Assembly: GCA_963743835.1 (NCBI GenBank)
Contig: CAVUQX010000005.1
Location: forward strand, 78,246-142,245
Reading direction: 5' to 3'
DNA length: 64,000 nucleotides
From: Candidatus Dormiibacterota bacterium
GTDB taxonomy: Bacteria; Chloroflexota; Dormibacteria; Aeolococcales; Aeolococcaceae
Below, piece after piece: positions 9,933 to 20,964 of this stretch. A program made the translations under genes and the position numbers. Under the pieces are notes generated by a model. The model was not told where the DNA came from. It saw only the letters and a list, made by a program, of their open reading frames with translations, and made no database searches. Numbering within the stretch: position 1 is the stretch's first letter; each line of letters begins with the position of its first letter.

Positions 9933-11099
9933 TCAGATCGTGCGGTCGATGAGGGTCCCGGTCCCGAGGCCGCCGCCGCAGCACATCGTCTGGAGCCCGT
10001 AGCGACCGTCGCGACGCTCGAGCTCGTGGAGCAGCGTGGTCATGAGCCGCGCCCCGCTGGCTCCGAGCGGATGGCCAAGCGCGATCGCCCCGCCGTTGAC
10101 GTTCACCCGCTCCATGTCGGGGTGATGCTCGCGCTCCCAGGCAAGGACCACCGGCGCGAATGCCTCGTTGACCTCGAAGAGGTCGATGTCATCGATCTTC
10201 AGCCCGGATCGCTCGAGCAGCTTGGCGGTGGCGGGAATCGGTCCGGTGAGCATGGTCACCGGGTCCACGCCGACCACCACCTGCGCGGCGATCCGAGCTC
10301 GGGGCGTGATCCCGAGCGCAGTGGCGCGTTCAAGTGACATCAGAAGCACCGCGGCCGCGCCGTCGGTGATCTGCGAGCTGTTGCCGGCGTGGAGGATGCC
10401 GTCCGGCCTGAAGGCAGGCTGCAGGGGGGCGAGTGACTCAACGGTGGTATCCGGACGGATGCCCTGGTCCTGGCTGATCACCCGACCGTCGCCATTGGCC
10501 CCGACGACCACGGGCGCGATCTCGCGGTCGAAGCGTCCATTCGCCTGGGCGTCACCCGCGCGGCGCTGCGATCGAGCGGCAAACTCGTCCGCCTGCTCGC
10601 GGGTGATGTGCCACATCTCCGCGATCATCTCGGCGGACAGCCCCTGGGGCACGAGGTTGTAGAGCTCGAGCAACTCCGGCGGGAACGGCGTGCCTGGTCC
10701 CTGGAACACGGTGGTGCCCATGGGCACGCGGCTCATGCTCTCGACGCCTGCGGCAATGGTGATGTCGCACACGCCCGACTGGATGAGGTTGGCGGCGAAA
10801 TGGATCGCCTGCTGCGACGACCCACACTGGCGGTCGACGGTGGTTGCGGGCACCTCGACCGGGAACCCTGCGGTGAGCACCGCCTGGCGCGCGATGTTGA
10901 CCGCCTGCTCGCCGGTCTGCATGACACACCCGAAGACGACGTCCTCGACCATCGCCGGGTCGATGGCCGCACGACTGGTGACCTCGCGCAGCACGTGGGC
11001 GGCGAGGATGACCGGATGGACGTCGCGGAGATCGCCGTTCCGCTGGTTGCCGCGGCCCATCGGGGTTCGGACGGCTTCGACGATCACGACGTCAGTCAT
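9933..11099 (-). CDS. acetyl-CoA C-acyltransferase (thiolase)
   Basis: [33 protein letters not shown]. Confidence 0.95.
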   Translation of the reverse strand: MTDVVIVEAVRTPMGRGNQRNGDLRDVHPVILAAHVLREVTSRAAIDPAMVEDVVFGCVMQTGEQAVNIARQAVLTAGFPVEVPATTVDRQCGSSQQAIHFAANLIQSGVCDITIAAGVESMSRVPMGTTVFQGPGTPFPPELLELYNLVPQGLSAEMIAEMWHITREQADEFAARSQRRAGDAQANGRFDREIAPVVVGANGDGRVISQDQGIRPDTTVESLAPLQPAFRPDGILHAGNSSQITDGAAAVLLMSLERATALGITPRARIAAQVVVGVDPVTMLTGPIPATAKLLERSGLKIDDIDLFEVNEAFAPVVLAWEREHHPDMERVNVNGGAIALGHPLGASGARLMTTLLHELERRDGRYGLQTMCCGGGLGTGTLIDRTI

Positions 11100-11149
11100 G
11101 GTTCACCTGTAGTTTGTTCGGAGCGCCCACCTTAGCAGCGGGAGCCGCG

Positions 11150-12751
11150 TCAGCCGCCAAAGCGGTAAACAGCTTCCACTACCGGTCGCGGCGCCGACGC
11201 GTCGAGGGCATTGGCAGGGCCTCGCTCCTGAGCCACGAGCTTCCATCCAGACGGCGGTGGCGCGTCGACGATGTCGTAGGCACTGAGCACGAGCACGTCA
11301 CCGGCAGCGGGATGCCCGGTATACAGCGTCGCGACCGGGATGACCTGCATCCCCAGAGCGGCGAGCCCCGGGGTGGCGTCGTCGGTCTCCTGCTGTCGCG
11401 GCGGTGGGGGCAGATACGCGAAGAACGCCTCGATGTACGGAGGATCGAGGTTGCTCGACAGGTAGATCGGGTGCGAGCCAGCAACCTCGCGCGCGGTGGT
11501 GATCGCCGCGATCTCGCCGGTGTCGAAGTCCACGGCCGCACGGTTGGGATAGGCGGCGTAGAGGTCGACCGTGTAGAAGGTCGCCTGAGCGACGACGCCC
11601 ACCGCCAGGATGCCGAACACAAAGGCTTTCGCACTGCTGCGGCCGGCGAGCACCGAGCGGAGGCCATCGGCGCCGAGCACGGCGAGGACAACCAGGAAGG
11701 GGAGCATTCCCGACGAACGCAGTGCGTGGGGCGTCCCATTGTTGGTCAGTGCCGCCGCCACCGGCGCGAGCACGATGCATACGACCAGGAATCGGACCAA
11801 CGGTTCTCGCCGCCGCTGCCAGCACACCAGGATCCCGGCGATCAGGAGCGGCGCCATGACCCAGAGCAGCATCCCGCCGACCTCGGTGTTCTGACGGGGA
11901 TTGCCGTCGCCCTGCGTGAAGAGGAAGTTGGGGCTGAAGTAGGCGAGGTAGTTGGCGAGAAAGCGATCGATCACCGTGCTGAGCGGGGCACCATCAGACC
12001 AGATGCTGATCGCGGTGAAGCGCCCGGTCAGAGCTCCAGGGTTGAGCAGCGCGTAGACGCCGAGCACGCCGTAACCGGCGGCGATCGGGACGAGTGCGCG
12101 CCACCAACCGGGCGTCTTTGCGAGACCCCAGCCAACCGCCAGGGCGATCGCGATCAGGAGGACCTCGAGCCGTGCGGTGGTGTAGCCGTAGATGGCGAAC
12201 GCGAGCAGGGTGCCGGCGATCCCGAACCGGCGAGGCGTCGGCTGCCGTCCGGCGAGGCACCAGACTGCAGCCGACAGCAGCGCCACCCAGGAGATGGTCT
12301 CGAAGCCGACCCGGCTTTCGATGACCAGCCAGGGAGTGAAGCCGGTCAGCGCCAGGGTGCCCAGCGTGATCCACCTCGAGCCGGTCATCCGCCAGGCGGC
12401 GGCGGTGAGGAACCCCACCACCGCGAGACCGAAGAGCGCCGCCGGGAAACGCTCCACCGCGACCGTCAGGGGTAGAAAGCGGACCAGTGCCGCGACCGCA
12501 TAGACATAGATCGGGTTCTTGTATTCGCCAAACGCCTCGAAGAAGAGGGGGAAGTGGATCCCGTGCTCGTCGACGCCGAAGTGGGCGATCGTCCAGGCGT
12601 TGTACCCGATCGACGCTTCGTCGACATAGAGACCCGGGGGCGACCCGGAGAGGTCGACAAGGCTGCGCACCACCACCACGGCCCCGAGGACGGCGACCGC
12701 GCCGACCCAGATCCGGCGGTGCGACCGGCCGGCGTCCGGTTCAGCCGTCAC
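11150..12751 (-). CDS. GT-C fold glycosyltransferase (ArnT/PMT, GT39/83-like)
   Basis: PPGLYVDEASIGYNAW, DEHG..P, YK.P.Y.Y, many TM helices. Confidence 0.8.
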   Translation of the reverse strand: MTAEPDAGRSHRRIWVGAVAVLGAVVVVRSLVDLSGSPPGLYVDEASIGYNAWTIAHFGVDEHGIHFPLFFEAFGEYKNPIYVYAVAALVRFLPLTVAVERFPAALFGLAVVGFLTAAAWRMTGSRWITLGTLALTGFTPWLVIESRVGFETISWVALLSAAVWCLAGRQPTPRRFGIAGTLLAFAIYGYTTARLEVLLIAIALAVGWGLAKTPGWWRALVPIAAGYGVLGVYALLNPGALTGRFTAISIWSDGAPLSTVIDRFLANYLAYFSPNFLFTQGDGNPRQNTEVGGMLLWVMAPLLIAGILVCWQRRREPLVRFLVVCIVLAPVAAALTNNGTPHALRSSGMLPFLVVLAVLGADGLRSVLAGRSSAKAFVFGILAVGVVAQATFYTVDLYAAYPNRAAVDFDTGEIAAITTAREVAGSHPIYLSSNLDPPYIEAFFAYLPPPPRQQETDDATPGLAALGMQVIPVATLYTGHPAAGDVLVLSAYDIVDAPPPSGWKLVAQERGPANALDASAPRPVVEAVYRFGG

Positions 12752-13471
12752 GCAACCGCGGCGGCGACGAAATCCGCGAACAGCCGGCGCGCCCAGTCAC
12801 GCTCGAGGTAGAGCTCCTCGGGGTGGCACTGGAGTCCGACGACGAATCGTCGCCCCGGGTGCTCCACCGCCTCGACGAGCCCGTCGTGCGCGCGGGCGGT
12901 GACCACGAGATCCTCACCCAGGTTGCGCAGCGCCTGGTGATGCATGCTGTTGACGTCGACGAGCTTCGCACCCGCGATGGCGTGGAGTCGCGATTCCGGC
13001 GTCGACGTCGATGTTGTGCGTGAGCTCCTGACGGGAGCCGTCCTGCGAGTGATTGTGGTCGGTCGCACCCTGCGTTCCGACGTCCTGCCAGAGCGTCCCG
13101 CCCAGCGCGACGTTGAGCAGCTGCGCCCCGCGGCAGATCGCGAGCACCGGTTTGTCCGCGGCGAGCGCCCACTTCGCGAGCAACATCTCGGCGCGATCGA
13201 GCTCGTTGTCCACCTCGACGGCACAATCCGCGCGCGTCTCCTCTCCATAGAGCTTCGGCTCGACATCAGGACCACCGGGGAGGCACAGGCCGTCACAGAG
13301 GTCGAAGAGCGCGCGCAGTCGCGGCTCGGAGAGTGATGCGCTGATTCCCAATGGAGTCCCGCCGGCACTCTCGAGCGCGTCGAAGTAGGCGCGGTTGCGG
13401 GCGAGGTCGGCAGGAAGCCCCTTCTCGTGCAGCACGCGAAGCGTGAGACCGATCACCGGCGATCGAGGCAT
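12748..13471 (-). CDS. peptidase C26 / gamma-glutamyl-GABA hydrolase family (one indel at ~12993)
   Basis: LPGGPDV, AICRGAQ, VNSMHHQ, QCHPE glutamine-amidotransferase triad over two frames. Confidence 0.9.
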
Positions 13472-13491
13472 GGCAAGGATTCCTGATGTAT

Positions 13492-14817
13492 CTAGGACGT
13501 GAAGGTGAAGCGACCGATGTGCAACCACGGTGACAGTACCCCGGATTCGCCTTCGCCGAGCTCAAGGCGACGCTCGCGGCTCACCTGGAGGACGTTGGCG
13601 AGCGCCCCGACGATGCTCTGCGTGAAGCGGAGATCCTTGACGGGTCGCGTGATGCTGCCGTTCTCGATGAGGAACGTCCCCTCGCGGGTCATCCCGGTGA
13701 TCACCGTGCGCAGCGGATGCACGTCGCGCACGTACCAGAACCGGGTGATGTAGAGACCGCGAGACACCGAGCCGACCATCTCATGCCAGGGCGTGCTGCC
13801 GGCGTCCATGGCCACATGCCGGGGGAGTGGTCCCCAGGTGTTCGGCTGCGGCAAGGAGTGGCCCGTCGAGGTCGTCCCGTCATGCAGCGCGGTCGGCGTG
13901 TCGTAGACGACCGCGGAGCACACGCCGCGGTCGATGAGGGTGACCGGTCGCGTGGACACACCCTCGTCGTCGAAGGGAAAGGCGAAGATCTCCTGCGTTC
14001 GCGCGTCGTCGCGGATGGTGATCATGTCGCTCATCAGCTTCTCGCCGAAGCGCATGAAGCTTCGGTGCTCCTGCACCGCAAGTGCGCTGAACCCAGTCCA
14101 GGCGAGATGCTCGAGCAGGTCGGTCACCGCATATGGGGAGAGGATCACCTCGTAATCGCCTGGCCCGATCGCGGTGGCGCCGCGGCTGCGCTCGCACGTG
14201 TCGACCACCTCTGCGGCGAGCCCGGGCACATCGAGCACGTCGATGTCTGGCGAGTGGCGCGAGGCATAGCCGCCGGCATCGTCGCTCCGCGCCACGGAAA
14301 CAAGGCTCGCCTGTGTGGACGTTGCCGACCTGCGCAACCCGGCACTCGTGACGATCGCGGTGGTGGTCGTGCTCGTGCTCAGCGCTCCGTACGCGTTGAT
14401 CCCATGCGCGCCAGCCGCGTCCGTGATGATCGCGACGAGCTCGGCGCGGCTCTGCGGCGTCGCCGTCGCGGTCGCCTCGGCGAATGCGACGGGCTGATCG
14501 ACGTCATCCGGTGACGGAGCCGGCAGTGGCGACGCATCGGTCTCGGTGGTGACCCGCCGGCTGTCTTCAGCCGCGGCGAACGCAAATTCGATGGCGCGGC
14601 CGTCGTGACCGCGCACCTCACCGACACCGGTGCGCCCGCCGTCGATCAACCGGACCCTCACGTGCCGTGATCGCTCGGCGACACTCTGGTGAATCTGGTT
14701 GCCGGCGAACCGGGTCAGCTCGCTCTTCGTGTCGCTGATGACCACCTCTGCCTCACCACGAGCGAGCGACGCCAGAGCGCCGTCGCCCAAGGCGAGCAGG
14801 TCATCACCGCCGCTCAT
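13492..14817 (-). CDS. tldE: TldE/PmbA family protein
   Basis: LTRFAGNQIHQ, PFDDEG, TGMTREGTFLIENG; no HExxxH; follows tldD. Confidence 0.85.
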   Translation of the reverse strand: MSGGDDLLALGDGALASLARGEAEVVISDTKSELTRFAGNQIHQSVAERSRHVRVRLIDGGRTGVGEVRGHDGRAIEFAFAAAEDSRRVTTETDASPLPAPSPDDVDQPVAFAEATATATPQSRAELVAIITDAAGAHGINAYGALSTSTTTTAIVTSAGLRRSATSTQASLVSVARSDDAGGYASRHSPDIDVLDVPGLAAEVVDTCERSRGATAIGPGDYEVILSPYAVTDLLEHLAWTGFSALAVQEHRSFMRFGEKLMSDMITIRDDARTQEIFAFPFDDEGVSTRPVTLIDRGVCSAVVYDTPTALHDGTTSTGHSLPQPNTWGPLPRHVAMDAGSTPWHEMVGSVSRGLYITRFWYVRDVHPLRTVITGMTREGTFLIENGSITRPVKDLRFTQSIVGALANVLQVSRERRLELGEGESGVLSPWLHIGRFTFTS

Positions 14818-16256
14818 CGCGACGGCTCGACTCGGACGTTCTGGAAGCGGCATGGCGCCGCGCCGTGACCGACATGCATCAACTGCGATGGCTGACCCTT
14901 GCCACAGTTCACGACGCCGAACATCTGCCATTCGGCCGGCCCCGCGATCGCGTCGCAGGCTCCCCAGAACTCGGGCGTCTGGCCGCTGTAGATGGGATTG
15001 CGCACCAGCCGAACCCGCTTGCCGTCGACGATCTCCCATCCGTTCTGAGTGCCGAATTGGAAGTTGAGGCGGCGGTCATCGATGCTCCAGGACCGGTTGG
15101 TCTCGAGATAGACGCCGTGCTCGGTGGTGGCGATCATCTCCTCGAGGCTCGATGTCCCCGGCTCGAGGTTGATGTTGGTCATGCGGATGATCGGCAGACG
15201 CGACCAGCCGTCGGCGCGCATGCAGCCGTTGCTCACCTGACCGATCGCCTCAGCCGTCTCGCGTGATGAGAGGTAACCGGTGAAGAGACCCCGGTCGACG
15301 AGCAGCGAACGTTGGGCCGCAACCCCCTCGTCATCCCAGCCGAAGGTTCCGAGCCCCGGGGCACGGGTCGAATCGGCGGTCATGGTCACCTGCTCGCTGC
15401 CGTAGCGAAACGTCCCCAGCAGGTCTGGCGTCAGAAACGATGTGCCGGCGTAGGCGGCTTCGTGCCCGAGAACGCGGTCGAGCTCGGTCGGATGGCCGCA
15501 CGAACTCATGGACCTGGAGCGCCGTCTGGGTGGCGTCGAGGATGACGGTCATGGTTCCGGCGGGGCACTCGGCGGCGGTGAGCAGCGCGGCTGCCTCCTC
15601 GGCGATCCGTCCGGCGTTGCCGGGCAGGTCGAACGCCTCGATCGCCTCCCACCCTCCGCACACCTGGTGCCGCCCGAAGCTGTTGGGAAAGCTCCGCGTC
15701 TGGACCTCGTCGTCGCTGGTCGCGGTGGCATCCATCCCGCCACCGGCTTCGATAATGGTCTGGTCGAGCCGCGCGCCCTCGCTGCTCGCGAAATGCCGCA
15801 GCTCGCGAGACACTTCGAGCGAGCATTCCCGGACGCGGATCTGCGCGATGTGGGACATCGCCTCGTCGGTCCGCATCAGCAGATCCACCTTGTCGTCGAG
15901 CGAGACCGCAAGGGGATCGCGCACCACCGGGGTCCGGTACTCGCCCACCAGCGGCGGGGCGGGAGCCATTCGCACCGGAGTCCGGTTGACGCGCGACGAG
16001 GCCTTGGCGATGCGCACCGCATGCCGTGCGGTTTCCTCGATGCTCGCGGGGCTGAGGTCGTCGATGCCGGCGAACCCCCAGGATCCGTCCGCGATACGCG
16101 GATTCCGATGCCCTCGTCCTCGAACAGCTCCACGGATGCGACCACCCCGTTCTTGACGGTGAGTCGCTGCACGGTGCTGTTGATGATCCGGCAGTCGGCA
16201 TATGACGCGCCCGCGGCCGCGGCCGCATCCAGCGCTCGGTCGCTCAGGTCACGCAC
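14814..16256 (-). CDS. tldD: TldD metalloprotease (indels at ~16095 and ~15505)
   Basis: Restored HESCGHPTELDR, WDDEG, RMTNINL, CGKGQP. Confidence 0.9.
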
Positions 16257-16295
16257 GAGGGCGGAGTATACGGCCGGGGTGCTCCCGACCCTGGG

Positions 16296-18302
16296 CTAAC
16301 CGGCGCAATTGCCCGCGGTGCAGTACCAAGCGGCGGTGTCGAAATCAGGAACGAGGTCGTTCTGCACCACGCCGGAAAGGCTGGACGAGTACGTGTTGAC
16401 GATGACCTGCCGGTACAGCGGAACGGCCGGCAGCAGAGCCGCGAGGCGCTCGTCGGCGGCCGCGTAATCCTCTGCTCGGACGGTGACATCGGCGCTGTCG
16501 CGAGCACGATCGAGGTCTGAGTCGAGCTGCGCATCGTTGAGCCCGCTGAAGTTCATGCCGACGCCGCTGTTCGACGTGGAAGGGATCGCGTCCTCGCTGA
16601 GACATCCTCCGCCGCAGTCGCCGTGCCAGCTCGAGGAGTACGTGTCGGGCTCTCCGGGGATCCCCAGGCTCATCGTGAACAACGCCATGTCGAACGCATG
16701 CGTGGCGAGCGGCCCGCTGTCGGTGAATGGCGCGAAGAATGTCGCGGCAGGCACGTTGGGCTGGAAGGCCGCCGGGACGTTGATGCCGATGTTGGCCAGA
16801 TCAGTGCGAATCATCGACTCCACCCTGACGCGCAGCGGGTCGTCGCTGGTGGTGCCGAGGTTGATCACCACGCAGGTGCCATCCTTGGCGGCGCGGTAGT
16901 CCTGGCCGTCCGGTGCGGCACCGCACTTGGTGTTGCGCGCGTCGCCGGCGGCGTCGAGGAGGGCATTGGCCGCCGTCCGATCGAATCCCGTGGTGGTGAT
17001 CGATGTGCTGTCGAGATAGCTCGCGCCGAGGTTCATCCACGAGTTGGGCGGTACGGTGGTGAGCCCCGGCGCAACCGCCTTGATGATCGCCTCCCGGTCG
17101 ATGCCGAGCAGGATCGCCTTGCGGATCGTTGCGCTCGCGGTGTCCTCGTTCTCCAGCGCTGCGGGGTTGGCGCACAACCCGCCATTGGTCAGACAGTGGT
17201 TGAAGAGGAGCACCTCGGCACCCGAGCCGGTCACGGGGTCGACCGTGAGAGGGCGCGGTGTGCGCGCGGACGGCGGCGTCGAGCGATGCGAGGGCCGAGA
17301 GCCCGAGGTCGAGCCCGACCTCGACGGCACCGGAATGCACGTCCTTCTCCTCGGTCTCAAGGTCGGGTTCGATCCGGAAGACGATCTTGTCGAGGTGCGC
17401 CAGGCCGGTCTGGTTCCAGTAGTTGGCATTGCGCACCAGCACCACCTGGGCTCCGGGCTTGTAGCTCGCCATCACGAACGGTCCCGTGCCGTCGAGCGCG
17501 GTGCCGAGCGTCGCGGTGCCCTTGAATGCGGCGGCGTTGCCGGACCCCGCGGTCAGATCGAAGCTCGCCGTGCTCGACTCGAGGTCGCCATGCGCGGCGA
17601 GCACCGGGTCGAGCACCGCCGCAGGAAGGATGCCGTCGACGCCGCTGCCGAGCGCCAGGTATGGCCCGTACTGAGACTTGAAGTCGACGATCGCGGTGTC
17701 CGGATCCACCTCGGTGCATTTGATGACCTGGTTCCACCCGGTCGTGGACGCCAGCGGGGTCGGGCTCGTCTTGCCGAGCGCGCCGGAGGCGAGCCAGTGG
17801 AGTTGGAAGGTGTCACAGACGTCGTGGGCGGTGAGGCTGCTGCCGTCGTCCCAGCGAACGCCCTGGCGGAGATGCCAGGTCACGCACATCGCGGCGGCGG
17901 TGTCGGCGCAACCCTTGGTCTGGACGCCTCCGTTGGCCACGGTCGGCACCGAGGTGGCCAGGTCGGGGCTCCAGTAGTCCGCCTGCGAGGTGGAGGTCGT
18001 CGTCGTGGCAGTTGACCGATACCAGAGCAGCCCTTCCTCACGGGAGCCGCGATCACGCTCGCGAAGGGCAGCTGCCCGGTGATGCCGTCATCGAGCAGCG
18101 AGGTCGGCGCCTGCCAGACTCCGACCGTCAGCGTTCCTCCATCCGCCGCGGTGCCGCCGGGAAGGGCGGTGGGGGTGTGCGGCTTCGCCGGCGGCGTCGA
18201 CGTGCAGCCCGCGAGCAGGATTGCGAGGGCGGCCACCAGTGGCGTCGCCACGCGGCGCCGGGTTCGCCCGTCAGTCGCGTTTCGGGAGATGACTACATAC
18301 AC
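16296..18302 (-). CDS. peptide ABC transporter substrate-binding lipoprotein (family 5; two indels, start approximate)
   Basis: Lipobox LLAGC, LRQGVRWDDG..TAHDV, GTGPF, RNANYW, IDREAI, P.VPLY; split over three ORFs. Confidence 0.8.
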
Positions 18303-18396
18303 GAGCGTGCATTGTGCCCCGCCCGTATAGTGGAACCGGAGTGGTCGATGGGCTAATGGGGATATTCGCAGCGACGGCGGTATCTGGAGACGCGCC

Positions 18397-20343
18397 ATGA
18401 GGATCGGCCCCGGGAGACTTCCGCGCCGGCGCGACCCGAGGCGCCGATTTCGTAATCGGTTGCTGGTGGGAATGGTCGGGGTGGCACTGCTGCCCCTGGT
18501 CGCCTTTGCGGTCCTCGCCGTCTTCGAGCTCGACACAATCGCGAAGAGCACCGCCAATGCCACCGAGAGCGCGATCCTTCAGCGCCAGCAGGTGCTGCTG
18601 GACAGGGAGATCGACCATAGTGCAGGCCAGCTCGACTCGGCCATGGCCGACATCGACGCTGCGGTTCAAGGACTGGTTGGCGCCTTCTCCCTGGCCTTGG
18701 GTGGCGTCCCACCGAACGCAACCCTCCCGGCCGAGACGTACAGCCCGCTCGGCGCCGACTATCGGTCGGTGAGCGCGGGTGGTAGCACGTTGATCCTTCC
18801 CAACGACGAAACCACACCGGGTAAGCCGACCGCCGATGCGCGGTTCGTCCTGGCCAGCGAGAAGAAGGCACTGGTTACCCAGGTGCAGGCGATCTTCAAG
18901 CTCACCGCCATCAACTCGGTGTGGCTCGAGGATCCGAGCACCGAGGCGATTCGTGTCTTCCGGGCATTCACGCCCTCGACCACCTACGCGACCCACCCCT
19001 ATGACCCAGCGGTCCGCGACCGCAGTCTCAACTACTCGGAGGGCGGGACCACAGCGGCCATCGCGCCGGACGTGTGGAACGGGCAGGGAGTTCCCGGGCG
19101 CAGCGCAGACGGTCCGTTCTGGTCGGATCCGTACCCGCTGCTCGAGGACGGATCCACCGGGGTGAGCGCATGGTTCCAGGTTGGCCCGGCTCCTTCGACG
19201 ATCCGGGTCGGGGTCGACGTGTCGCTTGGCAAGCTGATGGCGCTCCTCATCCAGAGATCGCCGGCGACGGTGGACCCCCTGGTGGTCAGCGCCACCGGGC
19301 GCATCTTGTACGGCTCGCCTTCCAAGGATTTCCCCACAGCGACTGTCGGCAGCCCGATTCAGGTCCCCCAGCCGGGCCTGAAGACAACGCTCACCCGGAT
19401 CGAGACGACCGGCACGACACCGCCGCCGATCGCAACCACCTTCAACAAGGTCAGCACCGACCTCTTCACCGCACCGGTCTACAGCGGCCACTGGATCGTC
19501 CTCCAGCCGATCCCCGTGAGCTCGCTGGAGCCGAACCTCAGCGCGCTCACCATCGGCATCAACGACAGCGTCCACCGGCTGTTCCCGGTGACAGTGCTCC
19601 CGGTCCTCATCCTCCTCGTGGCGCTGGCATTCATCGCCACGACGCTGCTGTCGCGACGCATGTACCTACCGGTGCGGGCGCTCACCGACCACGCGGTCCT
19701 CGAGGAACGCACGCGGCTCGCGCGCGAGATCCACGACACGCTCGCCCAGCAGCTGACCGGCATCGTCCTCGAGCTCGAAGCCGCCGACGCGCTCCTGAAT
19801 CGCGGATCGGAGCAACGGGCGAAGACGTCCGTGGAAAAGGCTCGCGAGCTGGCGCGTGGAGCGCTCCAGGAAGCTCGGCGATCGGTCTGGGACCTTCGCC
19901 CGGCGCCGCTCTCGGCCGGCGGCCTCGTCGCCGCGATCGGCCATGAGGTCGAGGCGTGGGAGGAGCGCACCGGGATCCCGGCGCGGTTCAAGGCTCGGGC
20001 TGTGCCGCCGCATCCACCGCTCTCACCGACCGCCGAGGTCGCGCTCCTGCGCATCGGCCAGGAGGCGCTCTCCAACGCCGCACGGCACGGCCATCCCGAA
20101 CACGTCGATGTCGAGCTGCGCGCTCACGCGCAGGAGCTGATCCTCTCGATTCGTGACGACGGCATCGGCTTCGATCCCGCGGCGAGCTCGCCGCGCGAGG
20201 ATTGCTTCGGGCTCGATGGCATGGCTGAGCGCGCGCGCAATGCAGGCGGCACCCTCACGGTGGTGAGCACACCGGGTCAAGGGACCACGATCACCACCAG
20301 GCTTCCGTTCACCGAGGCCGTGCCCGAAGCGGTCAGTGCGTGA
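18397..20343 (+). CDS. HisKA_3 sensor kinase with large extracytoplasmic (Cache-like) domain
   Basis: Two TM helices, WSDPY, EERTRLAREIHDTLAQ, QEALSN, DDGIGF. Confidence 0.9.
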   Translation: MRIGPGRLPRRRDPRRRFRNRLLVGMVGVALLPLVAFAVLAVFELDTIAKSTANATESAILQRQQVLLDREIDHSAGQLDSAMADIDAAVQGLVGAFSLALGGVPPNATLPAETYSPLGADYRSVSAGGSTLILPNDETTPGKPTADARFVLASEKKALVTQVQAIFKLTAINSVWLEDPSTEAIRVFRAFTPSTTYATHPYDPAVRDRSLNYSEGGTTAAIAPDVWNGQGVPGRSADGPFWSDPYPLLEDGSTGVSAWFQVGPAPSTIRVGVDVSLGKLMALLIQRSPATVDPLVVSATGRILYGSPSKDFPTATVGSPIQVPQPGLKTTLTRIETTGTTPPPIATTFNKVSTDLFTAPVYSGHWIVLQPIPVSSLEPNLSALTIGINDSVHRLFPVTVLPVLILLVALAFIATTLLSRRMYLPVRALTDHAVLEERTRLAREIHDTLAQQLTGIVLELEAADALLNRGSEQRAKTSVEKARELARGALQEARRSVWDLRPAPLSAGGLVAAIGHEVEAWEERTGIPARFKARAVPPHPPLSPTAEVALLRIGQEALSNAARHGHPEHVDVELRAHAQELILSIRDDGIGFDPAASSPREDCFGLDGMAERARNAGGTLTVVSTPGQGTTITTRLPFTEAVPEAVSA

Positions 20344-20942
20344 TCAGCGTTCTCGTCGCCGATGACCATCCGGTGGTCCGGGACGGCCTCTGCACGATGC
20401 TCGAGCTCGAGCCCGACATCAAGGTGGTGGGACGAGCGTCGGACGGCGCCGAGGCCGTCGAGCAGGCACGCCGGACCCATCCCGACGTGATCCTCCTCGA
20501 CGTGCAGATGCCGGTGATGGACGGTATCGAAGCGCTCCGTAAGATCCGGGCGCGCGATCCCGAGGCGCGGGTGATCGTGCTCACGACATACCGCAACGAG
20601 GACTACATCTTCCCGTCGCTCAAGGCAGGGGCGCTCGGATACCTCCTCAAGGACGCGACGCGCGAAGAGCTCGCCGGCGCCATCCGTGCGGTGGCCGCGG
20701 GCGAGTTGCTCCTCGACCCGCAACTGGTCAGCGATGCCGCCGAGCACATGCCCTCGATCACCCGGCGGGAACGTGACGTGCTGCGTCTGATGGCCGACGG
20801 CAAGAACAACGCGGAGATCGCGGTGCTCCTGTTCCTCAGTGAGAACACGGTGAAGACGCACGTGAGCAACATCCTCGAGAAGCTCGGCTGCAAGGACCGG
20901 GCGGCGGCGGTGCTGTTCGCCTGGCGACGCCACATCATCTAG
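20340..20942 (+). CDS. NarL/LuxR-family response regulator
   Basis: ADDHPVVR, DVQMP, TRRE..SENTVKTH. Confidence 0.95.
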   Translation: MISVLVADDHPVVRDGLCTMLELEPDIKVVGRASDGAEAVEQARRTHPDVILLDVQMPVMDGIEALRKIRARDPEARVIVLTTYRNEDYIFPSLKAGALGYLLKDATREELAGAIRAVAAGELLLDPQLVSDAAEHMPSITRRERDVLRLMADGKNNAEIAVLLFLSENTVKTHVSNILEKLGCKDRAAAVLFAWRRHII

Positions 20943-20964
20943 GCCTCCATAAACTGTCCCGGCA

